Positions 1 through 14,502 of a stretch of DNA of 64,000 bases are shown here, piece by piece. The DNA is taken from sequence record MN850635.1; one strand, given 5' to 3'. The notes under the pieces were generated by a model. The model had not been told where the DNA came from. It saw nothing but the letters and a program-made list of their open reading frames with translations, and did not search any database. The number at the start of each line of letters is the position of its first letter. Position 1 is the first letter of the stretch. A program made the position numbers and the translations under genes. This DNA comes from Escherichia phage bumzen.

Positions 1-3387
<3,387 letters not shown>

Positions 3388-3389
3388 TA

Positions 3390-4538
3390 ATGGCAGTAGG
3401 TGAAATTCAAATTAGTGCCTTGCCTCAAGCAGCCTTACCAATTGACCTTAGTGATATCTTCCATCTTAAACAGGGTATCGAGGATAAGAGATGTACTCTT
3501 GAGCAATTACTTGCTCCACACTCAAGCCTAAGAAATAACCCTCATGGTGTTACTAAGACACAAATTGGTTTAGATAACGTTATTAATGCTCTCCAGTTAG
3601 TCGCTGCAAATAACTTATCAGATATTGTTAATGTAGCTGAGGCAAGAGCAAATCTACAGATTATGTCTTCAGAAGAGGTTAATAGCCTTATTCAACAGCA
3701 TATTAATGACAAGAGCAACCCACACAATACAACTAAGGCGCAGGTTGGTTTAAGTAATGTCCAGAACTGGGTGACATCTAACCTTTATAATGAGGATGCA
3801 GATAAGTATGCTACAGCAAGAGCAGTAAATAACTTGTACAAGGCTGTTCAGGCTTCTTATCCAGTAGGTACTATCCATCTCTCTATGAATCCTGCAAACC
3901 CTTCTACATATTTAATTTGTGGAGGTACTTGGGAGTTAGTTTCAAAAGGAAGAGCACTTGTAGGTTATGATAGAGATTCTAGGCCAGTTGGTTCAACGTT
4001 TGGTTCACAGACTACTGCACTGACGGTTAATAACATCCCTGCACATACCCACTCAGTGTATGTCACTGGTGGTGGTCACACTCATGGTGCAACGGCCTCT
4101 GTCAGTGCTTTTGATTATGGCACTAAAGGGACTACAACGTTTGACTACGGAACCAAGACCGTATCTACTTACGACTATGGCAACAGAACAACAAGTGCCG
4201 CTGGCTTAACACAAACAACATTCATTAACCGTGGCTATGCTGATGGTGGCTGGAGAGGTTTATCGGTTGAGGGGGCAAGCTATGACCCAAGAGCTACGTT
4301 GACAACAGCTAACAACCACACTCACTCTGTAGCAATTGGTGCGCATAATCACACAGTGGGGATTGGTGCTCACAGCCATTCTGTTGCAATTGGTTCCCAC
4401 AACCACTCAGCAACAGTAACAGTAACCGGAGCAGGTGAGCATTCGCACTCTGGCACAACTGGCACAACTGGTTCTGGTCAAGCATTTAGCGTTGAGCAGC
4501 CATCCTTCGTATTGTATGTATGGCAGAGAACAGCTTAA
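3390..4538 (+). CDS. tail fiber protein (short paralog) with His-x-His repeat tip
   Basis: 382 aa; repeats HTHSV/GAHNHTVGIGAHSHSVAIGSHNHS and SFDYGTK; C-terminus (GSGQAFSVEQPSF..W.RTA) shared with next gene. Confidence 0.7.
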   Translation: MAVGEIQISALPQAALPIDLSDIFHLKQGIEDKRCTLEQLLAPHSSLRNNPHGVTKTQIGLDNVINALQLVAANNLSDIVNVAEARANLQIMSSEEVNSLIQQHINDKSNPHNTTKAQVGLSNVQNWVTSNLYNEDADKYATARAVNNLYKAVQASYPVGTIHLSMNPANPSTYLICGGTWELVSKGRALVGYDRDSRPVGSTFGSQTTALTVNNIPAHTHSVYVTGGGHTHGATASVSAFDYGTKGTTTFDYGTKTVSTYDYGNRTTSAAGLTQTTFINRGYADGGWRGLSVEGASYDPRATLTTANNHTHSVAIGAHNHTVGIGAHSHSVAIGSHNHSATVTVTGAGEHSHSGTTGTTGSGQAFSVEQPSFVLYVWQRTA

Positions 4539-4584
4539 TTTCTTTACAGGGGCTGTATAGCCCCTTTTAAGAGGAAAATTTATA

Positions 4585-6939
4585 ATGGCAGATTACAAGT
4601 TGAGTGAATTAAACTCAATTGATACAATTCGTTCAGACGACCTCCTTCATATCAGGGTTAAAAAGAGACCTGAAATGCTGGGTGATGAAGACCGTCGAAT
4701 GACCTATCAAGACTTCTTAGCGTCTTTTAAACTAGAAAGATTTGTCCAGATTGCTGGTAGCACTATGACGGGTGACTTAGGAATTGTCAAGTTACTTTAT
4801 GGTGGTAAGGCAGTATTTGACCCTACAGGTTCTTCTGAGATTACTATGGGGGATGTTTTAAAGGCTTTTAAAATCAATGCAAATGGTCTTAAACTAACTA
4901 TTGCAGATGCTTCAAGGTCTGCAACTGTTTATCATACTCTTAATAAGCCAAGTCCTAATGAACTTGGGATGAGAACTAATGAAGAGAATGATGCAAGATA
5001 CTCAAGATTGGCTGCAAATAACACCTTTAGAGGTACTCAAAATATTCTATCTGATAATGAAACTATTATTGTTAAGAATATTACACAAGGAATGCCGCTG
5101 TATATTCGCGGTCAAGATGCAGATGGTACTAACAGGTGGTATCTAGGTAATGATAACAAAGGTACAGACAATCTTGTTTTAAAAAATGTTAAATCTGGTG
5201 CATATGTAGCTATTTTGGGTAGCTTAATCACTGTGAACAAATCTATCCAGATTACTGGTCAAGTTCAACCTTCTGATTGGTCTAACTTAGATACTAGATA
5301 CTTTACTCAGACAGCAGCTAATCAGAGATTTGCACAGCTAGTTGGTAATAACACCTTCAGGGGTATTAACAATTTTGTAGGAGAGTTCAATATCACCAGA
5401 GATAACGCTGTGCTAGTCGTTAAGAATGCCACTGCTGCAACTGGACTGTACTTGCTGGGGCAGAAGGCTGATGGGACAAACAAGTTCTACTTAGGGACTG
5501 ATGACTCTGATTCTGTAGTTAATCTACATAACTACATCACAAGCACAACCATCTCTTTGTCAAATGTGATTACCACTACTAAGACTGTGAAAATCACTGG
5601 ACAAGTTCAACCTTCAGATTGGACTAACATTGACTCTAGATACATCTCAGCAGGAACTTTGAGTAATCTTGCTAAGTTAAGTGATGTAAACACTTTTAGG
5701 ATTGCACAGATTATTAATCAGAATGGTTCATTGTTACAGCTAAAGAATACTACACAAGACAAAGAGCTATACTTTGCTGGTCATAATGCTGATGGTGTTA
5801 GAAGGTGGTACATTGGGAATGGGGAACCATCCAACCCAGAAAGATTTATTATCCATAACGACAGAACTGCAACTACGATTTATATGCAAGATGATTTCTT
5901 GCTGAATAAAACTGTTAAAATTACTGGTCAAGTTCAACCATCTGATTGGTCTAACTTAGATGCTAGATACTTCACTCAGGCAGCAGCTAATCAGAGATTT
6001 ATGTATGCAGGTTCTACAGGAGAAGCTACAGAGCAGAATGCAGATGGTGTGGCATGGAACGCTAAAACAGGCTTATATAATGTAACCTCAACAAATGCTG
6101 ATTACACAGCACTTGTGTTTCAAATGTATCAGGGGGTGACCTCTTCTACTGCCTGTGCGCAATTAAAGTTCCAGTATAAAAACGGTGGAATGTGGTACAG
6201 AACATCTGTAGCTAGTAAAGGTTTTGAAGCTAAGTGGTCTAAGGTTTACACAGAGGCTCAGAAACCAACCCCTTCAGAGCTTGGTGCATACACTAAAGCA
6301 GAAACTGACCAGAAGATTGCACAGGCAGTAAGTGACTCTACAGACCTTAATAAAATCTACCCAGTAGGTATTGTAACGTGGTTTAACAGTAATGTTAACC
6401 CTAATACAGCACTGCCTGGTCTAACTTGGACGTACCTTAACAATGGTGTTGGTAGAACTATCAGAATTGCAGCAGCAAACGGTTCAGATGTTGCTACAAC
6501 AGGTGGTTCAGACTCTGTGACGTTAGCTGTTGGTAACTTACCATCACACACTCACAGTTTTTCTGCTACCACTTCATCTTTTGACTACGGAACAAAAAAC
6601 ACTAACACGACTGGTGCTCACGCTCACTCTGTAAGTGGCTCTACTTCATCTGCTGGTAACCACAACCATTCCATTTCGTGGATTGGTCAGAACTCTAAAC
6701 ACTACTCTGGTGGTGGTGGTGGTAGTATTGGTGTAGGACCGGGTTACACCGATGCTAACGGTGCTCACACCCACTCTGTAAGTGGTACTGCCGCTTCTGC
6801 TGGTAACCATGCTCACAGTGTAGGTATCGGTGCTCACACCCATACAGTTAGTGGTAACACTGGTGGTACAGGTTCTGGTTCAGCATTTAGTGTTACTAAC
6901 CAGTTCTACAAGTTAATGGCTTGGGTAAGAACTGCTTAA
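4585..6939 (+). CDS. tail fiber protein (long paralog) with internal tandem repeats and His-x-His tip
   Basis: 784 aa; three ~110 aa repeats each ending [15 protein letters not shown]; C-terminal GAH.HSV repeats and shared C-terminal motif. Confidence 0.75.
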   Translation: MADYKLSELNSIDTIRSDDLLHIRVKKRPEMLGDEDRRMTYQDFLASFKLERFVQIAGSTMTGDLGIVKLLYGGKAVFDPTGSSEITMGDVLKAFKINANGLKLTIADASRSATVYHTLNKPSPNELGMRTNEENDARYSRLAANNTFRGTQNILSDNETIIVKNITQGMPLYIRGQDADGTNRWYLGNDNKGTDNLVLKNVKSGAYVAILGSLITVNKSIQITGQVQPSDWSNLDTRYFTQTAANQRFAQLVGNNTFRGINNFVGEFNITRDNAVLVVKNATAATGLYLLGQKADGTNKFYLGTDDSDSVVNLHNYITSTTISLSNVITTTKTVKITGQVQPSDWTNIDSRYISAGTLSNLAKLSDVNTFRIAQIINQNGSLLQLKNTTQDKELYFAGHNADGVRRWYIGNGEPSNPERFIIHNDRTATTIYMQDDFLLNKTVKITGQVQPSDWSNLDARYFTQAAANQRFMYAGSTGEATEQNADGVAWNAKTGLYNVTSTNADYTALVFQMYQGVTSSTACAQLKFQYKNGGMWYRTSVASKGFEAKWSKVYTEAQKPTPSELGAYTKAETDQKIAQAVSDSTDLNKIYPVGIVTWFNSNVNPNTALPGLTWTYLNNGVGRTIRIAAANGSDVATTGGSDSVTLAVGNLPSHTHSFSATTSSFDYGTKNTNTTGAHAHSVSGSTSSAGNHNHSISWIGQNSKHYSGGGGGSIGVGPGYTDANGAHTHSVSGTAASAGNHAHSVGIGAHTHTVSGNTGGTGSGSAFSVTNQFYKLMAWVRTA
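4987..5980 (+). repeat. three in-frame tandem ~330 bp repeats inside long tail fiber gene
   Basis: Near-identical DNA segments at ~5255, ~5593 and ~5923 (attactggtcaagttcaacc.tc.gattgg.ctaac). Confidence 0.7.
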
Positions 6940-7018
6940 TCCCTTGTTGACTGATTGTTAAGATGGTGTTAATATTCTTTATGGGTATTCTCACCATCTT
7001 GGCTGATGAGGTGATTAA

Positions 7019-7213
7019 ATGCCTACAATCCTAGCAATTCTTCTAAAAAATCTAGGTAGCTTCTTCTGGAAACTCATTTTATCCCTTCTAAGTGAATACA
7101 TGATTGAGAAAGTGTTCTTTAAGCTTGCAAGATACCTTGCGAGTAAAACAGACACACCTATTGATGATGAGTTCGTAGATAACTTAGAAAAAGCTTTTAA
7201 GGGGGAGAAATAA
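7019..7213 (+). CDS. small membrane protein (holin candidate)
   Basis: 64 aa, hydrophobic N-terminal segment, charged C-terminus; follows fiber genes. Confidence 0.3.
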   Translation: MPTILAILLKNLGSFFWKLILSLLSEYMIEKVFFKLARYLASKTDTPIDDEFVDNLEKAFKGEK

Positions 7214-7585
7214 ATGAAGTGGCTAGAGGAAGCTTTTAAAAATAATATTGGTGCAATTGTAGTTGGTATTTTTAGTGTTATTGGGATGTATACCACGATG
7301 CAAGTCTCAAGTGGTAAGCAAGAAGTATCTGTCACAACAAAGTTACAGCAGCTAGATAATTATTCCAAAAGTAACTATTCAGCTATTCGTGATTTACAGT
7401 CTGACATGAGACTGATTCAGCTAGGGATGGAGAACCAGAAAGTTCAGTTAGAGAATGTTAAGGGTGAAAACGCAAAACTTACCAAAACTCTTGATAAATT
7501 CTCTGACAGTGTGAACAATCTGGCTCAATCAGTATCAGCCTTGCAAGCTATTACTGAAAAGAACACAAAGAATACTGAAAAATAA
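7214..7585 (+). CDS. membrane-anchored coiled-coil protein
   Basis: 123 aa; N-terminal TM segment (IGAIVVGIFSVIGMY) then heptad-rich region. Confidence 0.35.
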   Translation: MKWLEEAFKNNIGAIVVGIFSVIGMYTTMQVSSGKQEVSVTTKLQQLDNYSKSNYSAIRDLQSDMRLIQLGMENQKVQLENVKGENAKLTKTLDKFSDSVNNLAQSVSALQAITEKNTKNTEK

Positions 7586-7590
7586 AATTT

Positions 7591-7620
7591 AAGGCTCCCG
7601 TAAAAAGGAGCCTTTTTTGT
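7591..7620. terminator. bidirectional rho-independent terminator between convergent blocks
   Basis: aaggctcc-cgtaaaa-ggagcctt followed by tttttt; A/T runs on both sides. Confidence 0.7.
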
Positions 7621-7622
7621 TT

Positions 7623-8522
7623 TTACTTACCTACTGACAGAGGTGCTTCAATCTTCCCTGCATGTTGGTAGTTGTTAATACCACCAATAAAATCACTTGC
7701 AGTAAGATGTTTCAGGTCACTCAGGGTGTTAAGCTGTACACCAATCTCAAAAGTAGGTGCATGGAACTCTTCATTGTTCATCAGTTTATAAACCTGCTTC
7801 ATATGGTTCTGATAAATCTGGGTATCCCCAAAGACACCTATCAAGTACCGTGGAGTGTATCCAGTCATCTTGCAAAGAACTTCTAAGATGAAGCCATAAG
7901 ACGCAATGTTAAATGGAAGCCCTAAAAAGGTGTCTACAGAACGTTGATACCATTGCAAGTCAACTTCACCTTCGTTAGTGATATAAATCTGAAACAGGAC
8001 ATGACAAGGTGCTAAAGCCATTGAGTTTGCTGCGATATCTGCTGCATTCCAAGCATTAACAAGCATGTATCGGTCTGTGATATCACCCTTCATCTTCGTT
8101 ACTAAGGTCTCTAGCTGGTCTACAACACAACCGTTATAACCTTCAAAGTTTCTCCACTGAACTCCATAGATTCTCCCACCTGCATCCTCTAACCAATCTT
8201 GTTCAGAAGAATAATTAGAGCTTAACCAACGTTTAAAATCATCTGACCAGATAGTCCAGCGTTCTCCGTCATTTTCATCCCAAGTACGGTAACGAAGTTC
8301 ACCCAGCTTATTCTCACCATTCAGGAACCATAAAGCCTCCCCAATAACTTGCCGTGTAAACACCTGTTTAGATGTTAAGAGCGGGAAACCAGTCCTCATA
8401 TCAAAACGAAACTGAGGTGGAGCAAAAGCAGAGATAACATCTCCAGTTCGTGTAGTACGCAGTTCACCAACGGATAAAACATGGTTCAGGATATTTTTGT
8501 AACTTGTATCTGCTTGTGACAT
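7623..8522 (-). CDS. thyA: thymidylate synthase
   Basis: 299 aa; motifs CHVLFQIY and QRSVDTFLGLPFNIASY. Confidence 0.9.
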   Translation of the reverse strand: MSQADTSYKNILNHVLSVGELRTTRTGDVISAFAPPQFRFDMRTGFPLLTSKQVFTRQVIGEALWFLNGENKLGELRYRTWDENDGERWTIWSDDFKRWLSSNYSSEQDWLEDAGGRIYGVQWRNFEGYNGCVVDQLETLVTKMKGDITDRYMLVNAWNAADIAANSMALAPCHVLFQIYITNEGEVDLQWYQRSVDTFLGLPFNIASYGFILEVLCKMTGYTPRYLIGVFGDTQIYQNHMKQVYKLMNNEEFHAPTFEIGVQLNTLSDLKHLTASDFIGGINNYQHAGKIEAPLSVGK

Positions 8523-8523
8523 A

Positions 8524-9069
8524 TCAAAAGTGTCCTTTTACTTGTGGAACATAAATTTCAAAAGTTGCTTTACCATCCTCTGATGGTTTTGACTGTACCT
8601 TTGTAAACACACGGTTATCATACAGCTTCTCAAAGAAGTTTTCAAAAGGTAAATGCACAGTGGCCTCTTCAGTAACTTTATGGAAAACAGTATGGAACAC
8701 CACACTAGCATACGGTAAAGCATTGACAAGGATACCTGCACCACCAATTACAAAGACATCTTCATCAATAGAGCTATCAAGATACTTCAAAAATGCTCCA
8801 AATGACTCTTTACTGGCTTTAGCATACATTACATCATCTTTGCCAAAGTCTATGCCTAAGTATGGTACAGAATTTGTTAAGATGAGGTTTGCACGTTCTG
8901 GTAAAGGTTTACTACCCAGAGTCTTAAAAGTCTCATTACCCATGACTACTAAGTTATTTTTAGTGAGCCTCTTAAACTCTTGCATGTCCTGTTTATGTCG
9001 AGGCCACGGCATACCAGTCGGTGTACCAAATTCACCGTTTTCACCACTTGCAAATATTAGCTTAATCAT
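8524..9069 (-). CDS. dihydrofolate reductase
   Basis: 181 aa; N-terminal MIKLIFA..G.PW pattern, VVMGNETF, PLPERANLILT; adjacent to thyA. Confidence 0.75.
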   Translation of the reverse strand: MIKLIFASGENGEFGTPTGMPWPRHKQDMQEFKRLTKNNLVVMGNETFKTLGSKPLPERANLILTNSVPYLGIDFGKDDVMYAKASKESFGAFLKYLDSSIDEDVFVIGGAGILVNALPYASVVFHTVFHKVTEEATVHLPFENFFEKLYDNRVFTKVQSKPSEDGKATFEIYVPQVKGHF

Positions 9070-9326
9070 TTTGTAAATCCTTTCTTAATGAACCAGTTAA
9101 TAACATTCTTCACAGCTTTATTGCTGTGATAGATTAAGTGTGGTGTAGGTTGGTATGAACCATAGGCCCAGAATGATAGATGCTCACCACAACCAACACA
9201 TGTCGTACTCTCTTCAGCTATATGACCATTAACAATCACATGAACTTCACCTTGCAAGTCTGTACATCCACAATGTGGGCATCGGATAGGTGTTCCATCA
9301 GACTCATAGCAGTGTTCAATTTTCAT
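9066..9326 (-). CDS. small zinc-ribbon protein
   Basis: 86 aa; CPHCGC ... CVGCGEH cysteine pairs. Confidence 0.4.
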   Translation of the reverse strand: MKIEHCYESDGTPIRCPHCGCTDLQGEVHVIVNGHIAEESTTCVGCGEHLSFWAYGSYQPTPHLIYHSNKAVKNVINWFIKKGFTK

Positions 9327-9842
9327 TTATTTAACCTCAAAAACTGGCTCAAGAACCAATATAAAATCTACACAGTCATCTTCTTCATCCAGAATACCAT
9401 CAAAGTTCTTAGGAACGAAGTCGAAGAGGCTCATCACAAAACAGTCAGAAGTAACCTTTATAGTTCCTCCCATGTTCTCTACAGTTAACACTGTACGACT
9501 TTCTTTTACCTCCCTCAGAAGATTACCTACAAAGTCATCTAAGAAGTACTTCATCAATGACTTAAAACCTTTAGGATAATCTGTACCAGAGTATGTTTCA
9601 ATCTGCGGTACAAGCTTAACATTTATACTAGTCTTTGTTAAGAATGCACTAGAGAACATACTATCAGGTAGCTTACAAACAGTCTTTCCAGTACCTTCAT
9701 GTTCAATCTCAACAAAACCAGCTTCGTCGCCACATGTAACTATTTTAAAAGATGCTTCATTCTCATACTGTGAAGCCATAAACTTTTTAAGCATCTCTTT
9801 AAGGAAATCTGCATGAGCATCTTGTAAGTAGACATCAATCAT
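9327..9842 (-). CDS. hypothetical protein
   Basis: 171 aa ORF, operon packing. Confidence 0.45.
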   Translation of the reverse strand: MIDVYLQDAHADFLKEMLKKFMASQYENEASFKIVTCGDEAGFVEIEHEGTGKTVCKLPDSMFSSAFLTKTSINVKLVPQIETYSGTDYPKGFKSLMKYFLDDFVGNLLREVKESRTVLTVENMGGTIKVTSDCFVMSLFDFVPKNFDGILDEEDDCVDFILVLEPVFEVK

Positions 9843-9855
9843 AGTTAATCACCTA

Positions 9856-10215
9856 TTATGGGAACAGACACTTAATGTCATCGTTTTTGAAAACAAAACT
9901 CGTGTAGTTATGACCGTCAACATCCAGCCAAACAGCCTGAACATCTACACCATCAAGATTCTGGTAAAGCTCTTTGATGAAGTGGTCTTTCACAATCTGA
10001 CTGCTAGTTGTTTCCAGCTTAATGTTCGAGATTGCTGAACCTACAGCCATATAGCCCATGACACGTTTCTTCTCAGTATGCTTAATCTTACCATCTTTGT
10101 AAGCCATAATGAGATTGGAAAGAATTTTTACACCATAATACTTTTCAAGGTGAGTAGGTACACCATAAAAACCTAATGCGAAGTTTTCAGAGTGGATAAT
10201 GTTTTCACGTTTCAT
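9856..10215 (-). CDS. hypothetical protein
   Basis: 119 aa ORF. Confidence 0.45.
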   Translation of the reverse strand: MKRENIIHSENFALGFYGVPTHLEKYYGVKILSNLIMAYKDGKIKHTEKKRVMGYMAVGSAISNIKLETTSSQIVKDHFIKELYQNLDGVDVQAVWLDVDGHNYTSFVFKNDDIKCLFP

Positions 10216-10216
10216 A

Positions 10217-10546
10217 TTAATCTGCCAACCTTAAATTAAAATTAACACCAAATTTTTCACATACTTCCAACATATACTCAAGGGAAACATTCCCAGTGAG
10301 GTGGATTATGTTGGATACACGAGCCTGAGAGATACCACAAATTTTAGCAACTTGCTCTTGAGAAAGACCTCTGGATTTAATCTCTCTCTTAAAACGATGT
10401 GCAACGAAGTCTCTCATTTCGTCTACATCCATTGGACAAATATAACTCTCCATTTCAGCCTCTCTATCAGCCTCCCAATCATCTTGTGGGGCATAAGGGT
10501 CAAAAACCTCATTCATCTTTCTTCTTCCGTTTACGTGAAGTATCAA
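10217..10546 (-). CDS. helix-turn-helix DNA-binding protein
   Basis: HTH-like segment LSQEQVAKICGISQARVSNIIHL; true start may be internal Met (MNEVFDPY). Confidence 0.45.
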   Translation of the reverse strand: MILHVNGRRKMNEVFDPYAPQDDWEADREAEMESYICPMDVDEMRDFVAHRFKREIKSRGLSQEQVAKICGISQARVSNIIHLTGNVSLEYMLEVCEKFGVNFNLRLAD

Positions 10547-10721
10547 TTAATGAGTCTATGTTTGTAGCTCTGACCTTTTCACGTTCATCATTAAGATAAT
10601 CATCAAGAGCCTTTTCAATCTGTGAATCATCTTGACAGATAACTGTAAAGACTGTAAAGCCGTCTGTATCGTCAATTATCTTACCATAACCGCTTCTGGG
10701 ATGTAACTTTTTAAGAGCCAT
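10509..10721 (-). CDS. hypothetical small protein
   Basis: 70 aa ORF overlapping neighbour; basic C-terminus. Confidence 0.3.
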   Translation of the reverse strand: MALKKLHPRSGYGKIIDDTDGFTVFTVICQDDSQIEKALDDYLNDEREKVRATNIDSLIDTSRKRKKKDE

Positions 10722-10722
10722 A

Positions 10723-11106
10723 TCAAATACCTGTGCAGCTTCTGTTTTCTAAGAAATACTCAACACCATACATAGCTTTTTGCATCAAATCTTCTTTAAA
10801 CTGGATACGATGATTGAGCATAGACTGTACATCAATATCATCAGGGTGTTTCTCTTTAATATTTGCAGATTGCAGGAAATACTCTGCAAGAACACGATAT
10901 TGGTAGTCAGTTACCTTATCAGTCATCTCTGTCAAAGACTCTTCAGAGATTGGTTTAAGTAGCTCACCATTAGCCAGAGCAACACCTTTTACAATCTGGC
11001 AAGTATCTTCTGGAACACCTGACAAGTCCACATTTGGAAGTTCTGTTGCATTGACTGGTAAATTCATTGTCATAACCATTGCAGCAGCTAATAAAATCTT
11101 TTTCAT
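10723..11106 (-). CDS. secreted/periplasmic protein
   Basis: 127 aa; N-terminal signal peptide MKKILLAAAMVMTMNLPVNA. Confidence 0.45.
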   Translation of the reverse strand: MKKILLAAAMVMTMNLPVNATELPNVDLSGVPEDTCQIVKGVALANGELLKPISEESLTEMTDKVTDYQYRVLAEYFLQSANIKEKHPDDIDVQSMLNHRIQFKEDLMQKAMYGVEYFLENRSCTGI

Positions 11107-11224
11107 AATGACCTCAAAGTTATATTAAATTTTGTATTACGTTGAGTATAAAAATAAGCTATAACACCTGACTTGTCAACAGACTTTATAGCTTATTTGG
11201 CAGATTTTTTATAAGGTTACTGCC

Positions 11225-11570
11225 ATCCTTCCATACCAAACCTCACCTGACCTCGCCTAACCCTACCTTACCCCACCATACAGCACCTTATTAAAACACC
11301 CTGTTTAAAGACCTTTTAAAAAGGTAAGTCTCATTTTAATGTAGCTGAGACTAACTACCCATACCTCACCCTACCAGACCCTACCAGACCAGACCTTACC
11401 CTACCAGACCCTACCGAACATCACTTAAAAACCCTATGAGATACTCTATCGAATATAATTTAAAGACTCTTAAGTGATGTAATCGAATTTTAATGTAGCT
11501 CCGATTAACTACCCATACCTCACCTCACCCAACCATACCATGCCTTGCCAGACCGCACCTTACCTCATTA
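11225..11570. repeat. repeat module with three C+A-rich tracts and conserved hairpin-containing units
   Basis: Tracts at ~11225-11290, 11370-11425, 11513-11570; conserved unit aagaccttttaaaaaggtaagtctcattttaatgtagctgagactaactaccc. Confidence 0.7.
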
Positions 11571-11590
11571 AAAGACCCTCTTAAAAGACC

Positions 11591-11618
11591 TTTTAAAAAG
11601 GAGCCTCCGAAGAGGCTA
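11591..11618 (-). terminator. rho-independent terminator (minus strand)
   Basis: agcctc-ttcg-gaggct hairpin followed by T-run on minus strand, just 3' of gene 11629-12069. Confidence 0.5.
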
Positions 11619-11628
11619 CCTAGTCAAC

Positions 11629-12069
11629 TTAGAAAGGTTTTCTACGTTGCTTGTTAATGTTAGCTTTCATAGCAGCTAAATGGTTTTGCTGTTCAATCAG
11701 TCGTGAACGTTCTTGATGACTAAGCGCCATAGTGTTCACATTCTCAATTGCTTGAGTGGCTTGCTTTAAAGCTCGACCAATCTTACCAGACATTTTGCGT
11801 TTTGCAATAGTTGCTTGATGCTTAGGTTCAACCACACGATAACCAACACCCATTGAAGCAACCAGATAAATCTTCTCTTCTTTAAGAAGCTTTTCAATAA
11901 ACTTCTCAAGTCGGTTTAGACGTGTAAGTGCATAAGCCTTCATTTCATCTTCGTACTTAACAATGTCACCTTGATAAGTTGGCTTCACAATACCTAAGAA
12001 GGTATCCATCTCGGAATGTGATACAGTGTCGCCGTAACTAAACTTTGCTGCTAATGCTTTTGTATTCAT
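11629..12069 (-). CDS. hypothetical protein
   Basis: 146 aa ORF. Confidence 0.45.
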   Translation of the reverse strand: MNTKALAAKFSYGDTVSHSEMDTFLGIVKPTYQGDIVKYEDEMKAYALTRLNRLEKFIEKLLKEEKIYLVASMGVGYRVVEPKHQATIAKRKMSGKIGRALKQATQAIENVNTMALSHQERSRLIEQQNHLAAMKANINKQRRKPF

Positions 12070-12071
12070 AA

Positions 12072-12677
<606 letters not shown>

Positions 12678-12754
12678 TTAGTTGATTGTTAAGTTGTTTG
12701 TAAAGAACCCTCAACAGAAGACTCTTTAGAAACTTGGTAGATTTTTAACGTGGA

Positions 12755-12965
12755 TACTACCATCCACCCATACCGTGCCACACCACACCGGACCGTACCA
12801 TGCCCAACCCTACTACACCAGACCTTATTAAAAGACCCTCTCCAAAGACCTTTTAAAAAGGTAAGTCTCATTTTAATGTAGCTGAGACTAACTACCCATA
12901 CATTACCGCACCATATTATACCCTACCCCACCATACTTCACTGCACCGAGCCACGCATTACATCA
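12755..12965. repeat. second copy of C+A-rich tract/hairpin repeat module
   Basis: 58 bp identical to 11310-11368 (aaagaccttttaaaaaggtaagtctcattttaatgtagctgagactaactacccatac) flanked by C+A-rich tracts. Confidence 0.7.
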
Positions 12966-13213
12966 CTTAAAAACCCTTTTCAAAGACTCTTAAGTGATGC
13001 TGGTGAGTACCCGTTGGTTTATGATGCTCAGTATACTCACCAAATTTCCTATGTCAACAACTTTTATAAAAAAGTTCTGATAGCTATATGCGTCACGAAA
13101 CAAAAGATTGTAAACAAGACACCCATTGCAAAAGATGTGTCCAAAAGCTTACTTGCAACGTATGACAATACAAAGACAACCAGTATAAATAGAATGACTG
13201 TACTGAACATAGT

Positions 13214-14350
13214 TTACTCATAATCCCTAATAACTAGCCCTACAGGAAACTGTAAAGAACCTTTACGAGTCATCTTCTGGAACTGAACAGTTAAAGGTTT
13301 CCCGATAAACTCTTCAGGATGTTCAGCAAGATACTGTTTCTTCTCGTGTGTAGTTTTCCATGAAACATCTACAAAGACGTTAGGAAGAGTCTCTACAACG
13401 AACTTACCATGACCACGCTTATCGGTCTTTACACCAGTCACTTTAAACTCTTCAGTGTGCATCTTCTTGTGCTTAATCAAGAAGTATGAACGGTGACAAC
13501 ACTCATAGAAGGAGTCTTCAGAGATTGAACGGTACATTGCACCTTCAAACTTAGCTTCAACCCACTTATCATGAGCTTCATCAAACTCTTCCCAAGAATT
13601 TACACGGATAGTCTGTACAGGAACAACTCTACAGGTATCCCCAAGCTCAACAATAGGTGAGTTATCAATAACTTCACGACGCTCAGGCCAAGATTTTGAA
13701 TTGTCACAGATATCATACCAGTAGAATTTAAGAAGGTGACGGTCTGGATTGTCAGCATTCTTAATCATAGATACAATATCTTCTAAGTCCCAACCATGAG
13801 CATAAATCTCGCCATCAAAGTCTTCAACTTGCGGGTGTAATTTAAGCAGCAAAAGCAAATCTGGGATTAGTTCTGCTGGAACGTTGTAAACAGTATTCTC
13901 ACGAGAATAAGCCGTGAAACTAACTGAATCAGCATCTCTTGAAATTCTGCAACGTACACCATCAAGTTTTGGTTGAGCATCAGCAGGGAACTTCAAATAC
14001 TTTGCGTGGCTAACCTTTGCAGCATCATGAGCAAGCTGTACACCTGCCTTTTCAGTATTCTGTGCAGACTCTTTTGTGTAAGCATAACCTTTGCGGTCAA
14101 CTTGCTTTTTGTACTTAGCAGCAACTTCAAAGAGAGCTTGCTGTTCAGCGTTACGCTCATTCTTTTTACCGATGTTTTTAGGTTCTGCTGTATACTCTTC
14201 AAACATCATCTTGCCATTTTCTTTACCGTAGGTTGTAATAACTTTGTTACCTACAGCAACGCATGACCAGACGTTAAAAGAGCCATCTTTATTTTGTTTG
14301 TATAGAATTGTCATTTTTAACCTCTGAGTGATACCAAGTATTGCAAGCAT
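13214..14350 (-). CDS. ATP-dependent DNA ligase
   Basis: Adenylation motif I PKLDGVRC; size as for phage ligases; start may be internal Met (MTILYK). Confidence 0.75.
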   Translation of the reverse strand: MLAILGITQRLKMTILYKQNKDGSFNVWSCVAVGNKVITTYGKENGKMMFEEYTAEPKNIGKKNERNAEQQALFEVAAKYKKQVDRKGYAYTKESAQNTEKAGVQLAHDAAKVSHAKYLKFPADAQPKLDGVRCRISRDADSVSFTAYSRENTVYNVPAELIPDLLLLLKLHPQVEDFDGEIYAHGWDLEDIVSMIKNADNPDRHLLKFYWYDICDNSKSWPERREVIDNSPIVELGDTCRVVPVQTIRVNSWEEFDEAHDKWVEAKFEGAMYRSISEDSFYECCHRSYFLIKHKKMHTEEFKVTGVKTDKRGHGKFVVETLPNVFVDVSWKTTHEKKQYLAEHPEEFIGKPLTVQFQKMTRKGSLQFPVGLVIRDYE

Positions 14351-14502
14351 TACATGCGTAAAGCTCTAAGTCATTTTTATCTGGTTTATGAAAACAGTTT
14401 GCTCCGCAGTGGCAACGAAATGGCTTTCCACCAACTGTCAGGACGAAGGACTGAATCTTTCCATCAGGAGTCCGTACAGCATTTTATGCTTATCTTCTTT
14501 GT

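Noticed and set aside
12689-13223. ORFs 12689-12871 (minus) and 13014-13223 (plus)
   Set aside because: Lie within the C+A-rich repeat module between ligase and the two-gene cassette; composition-driven translations and no RBS.
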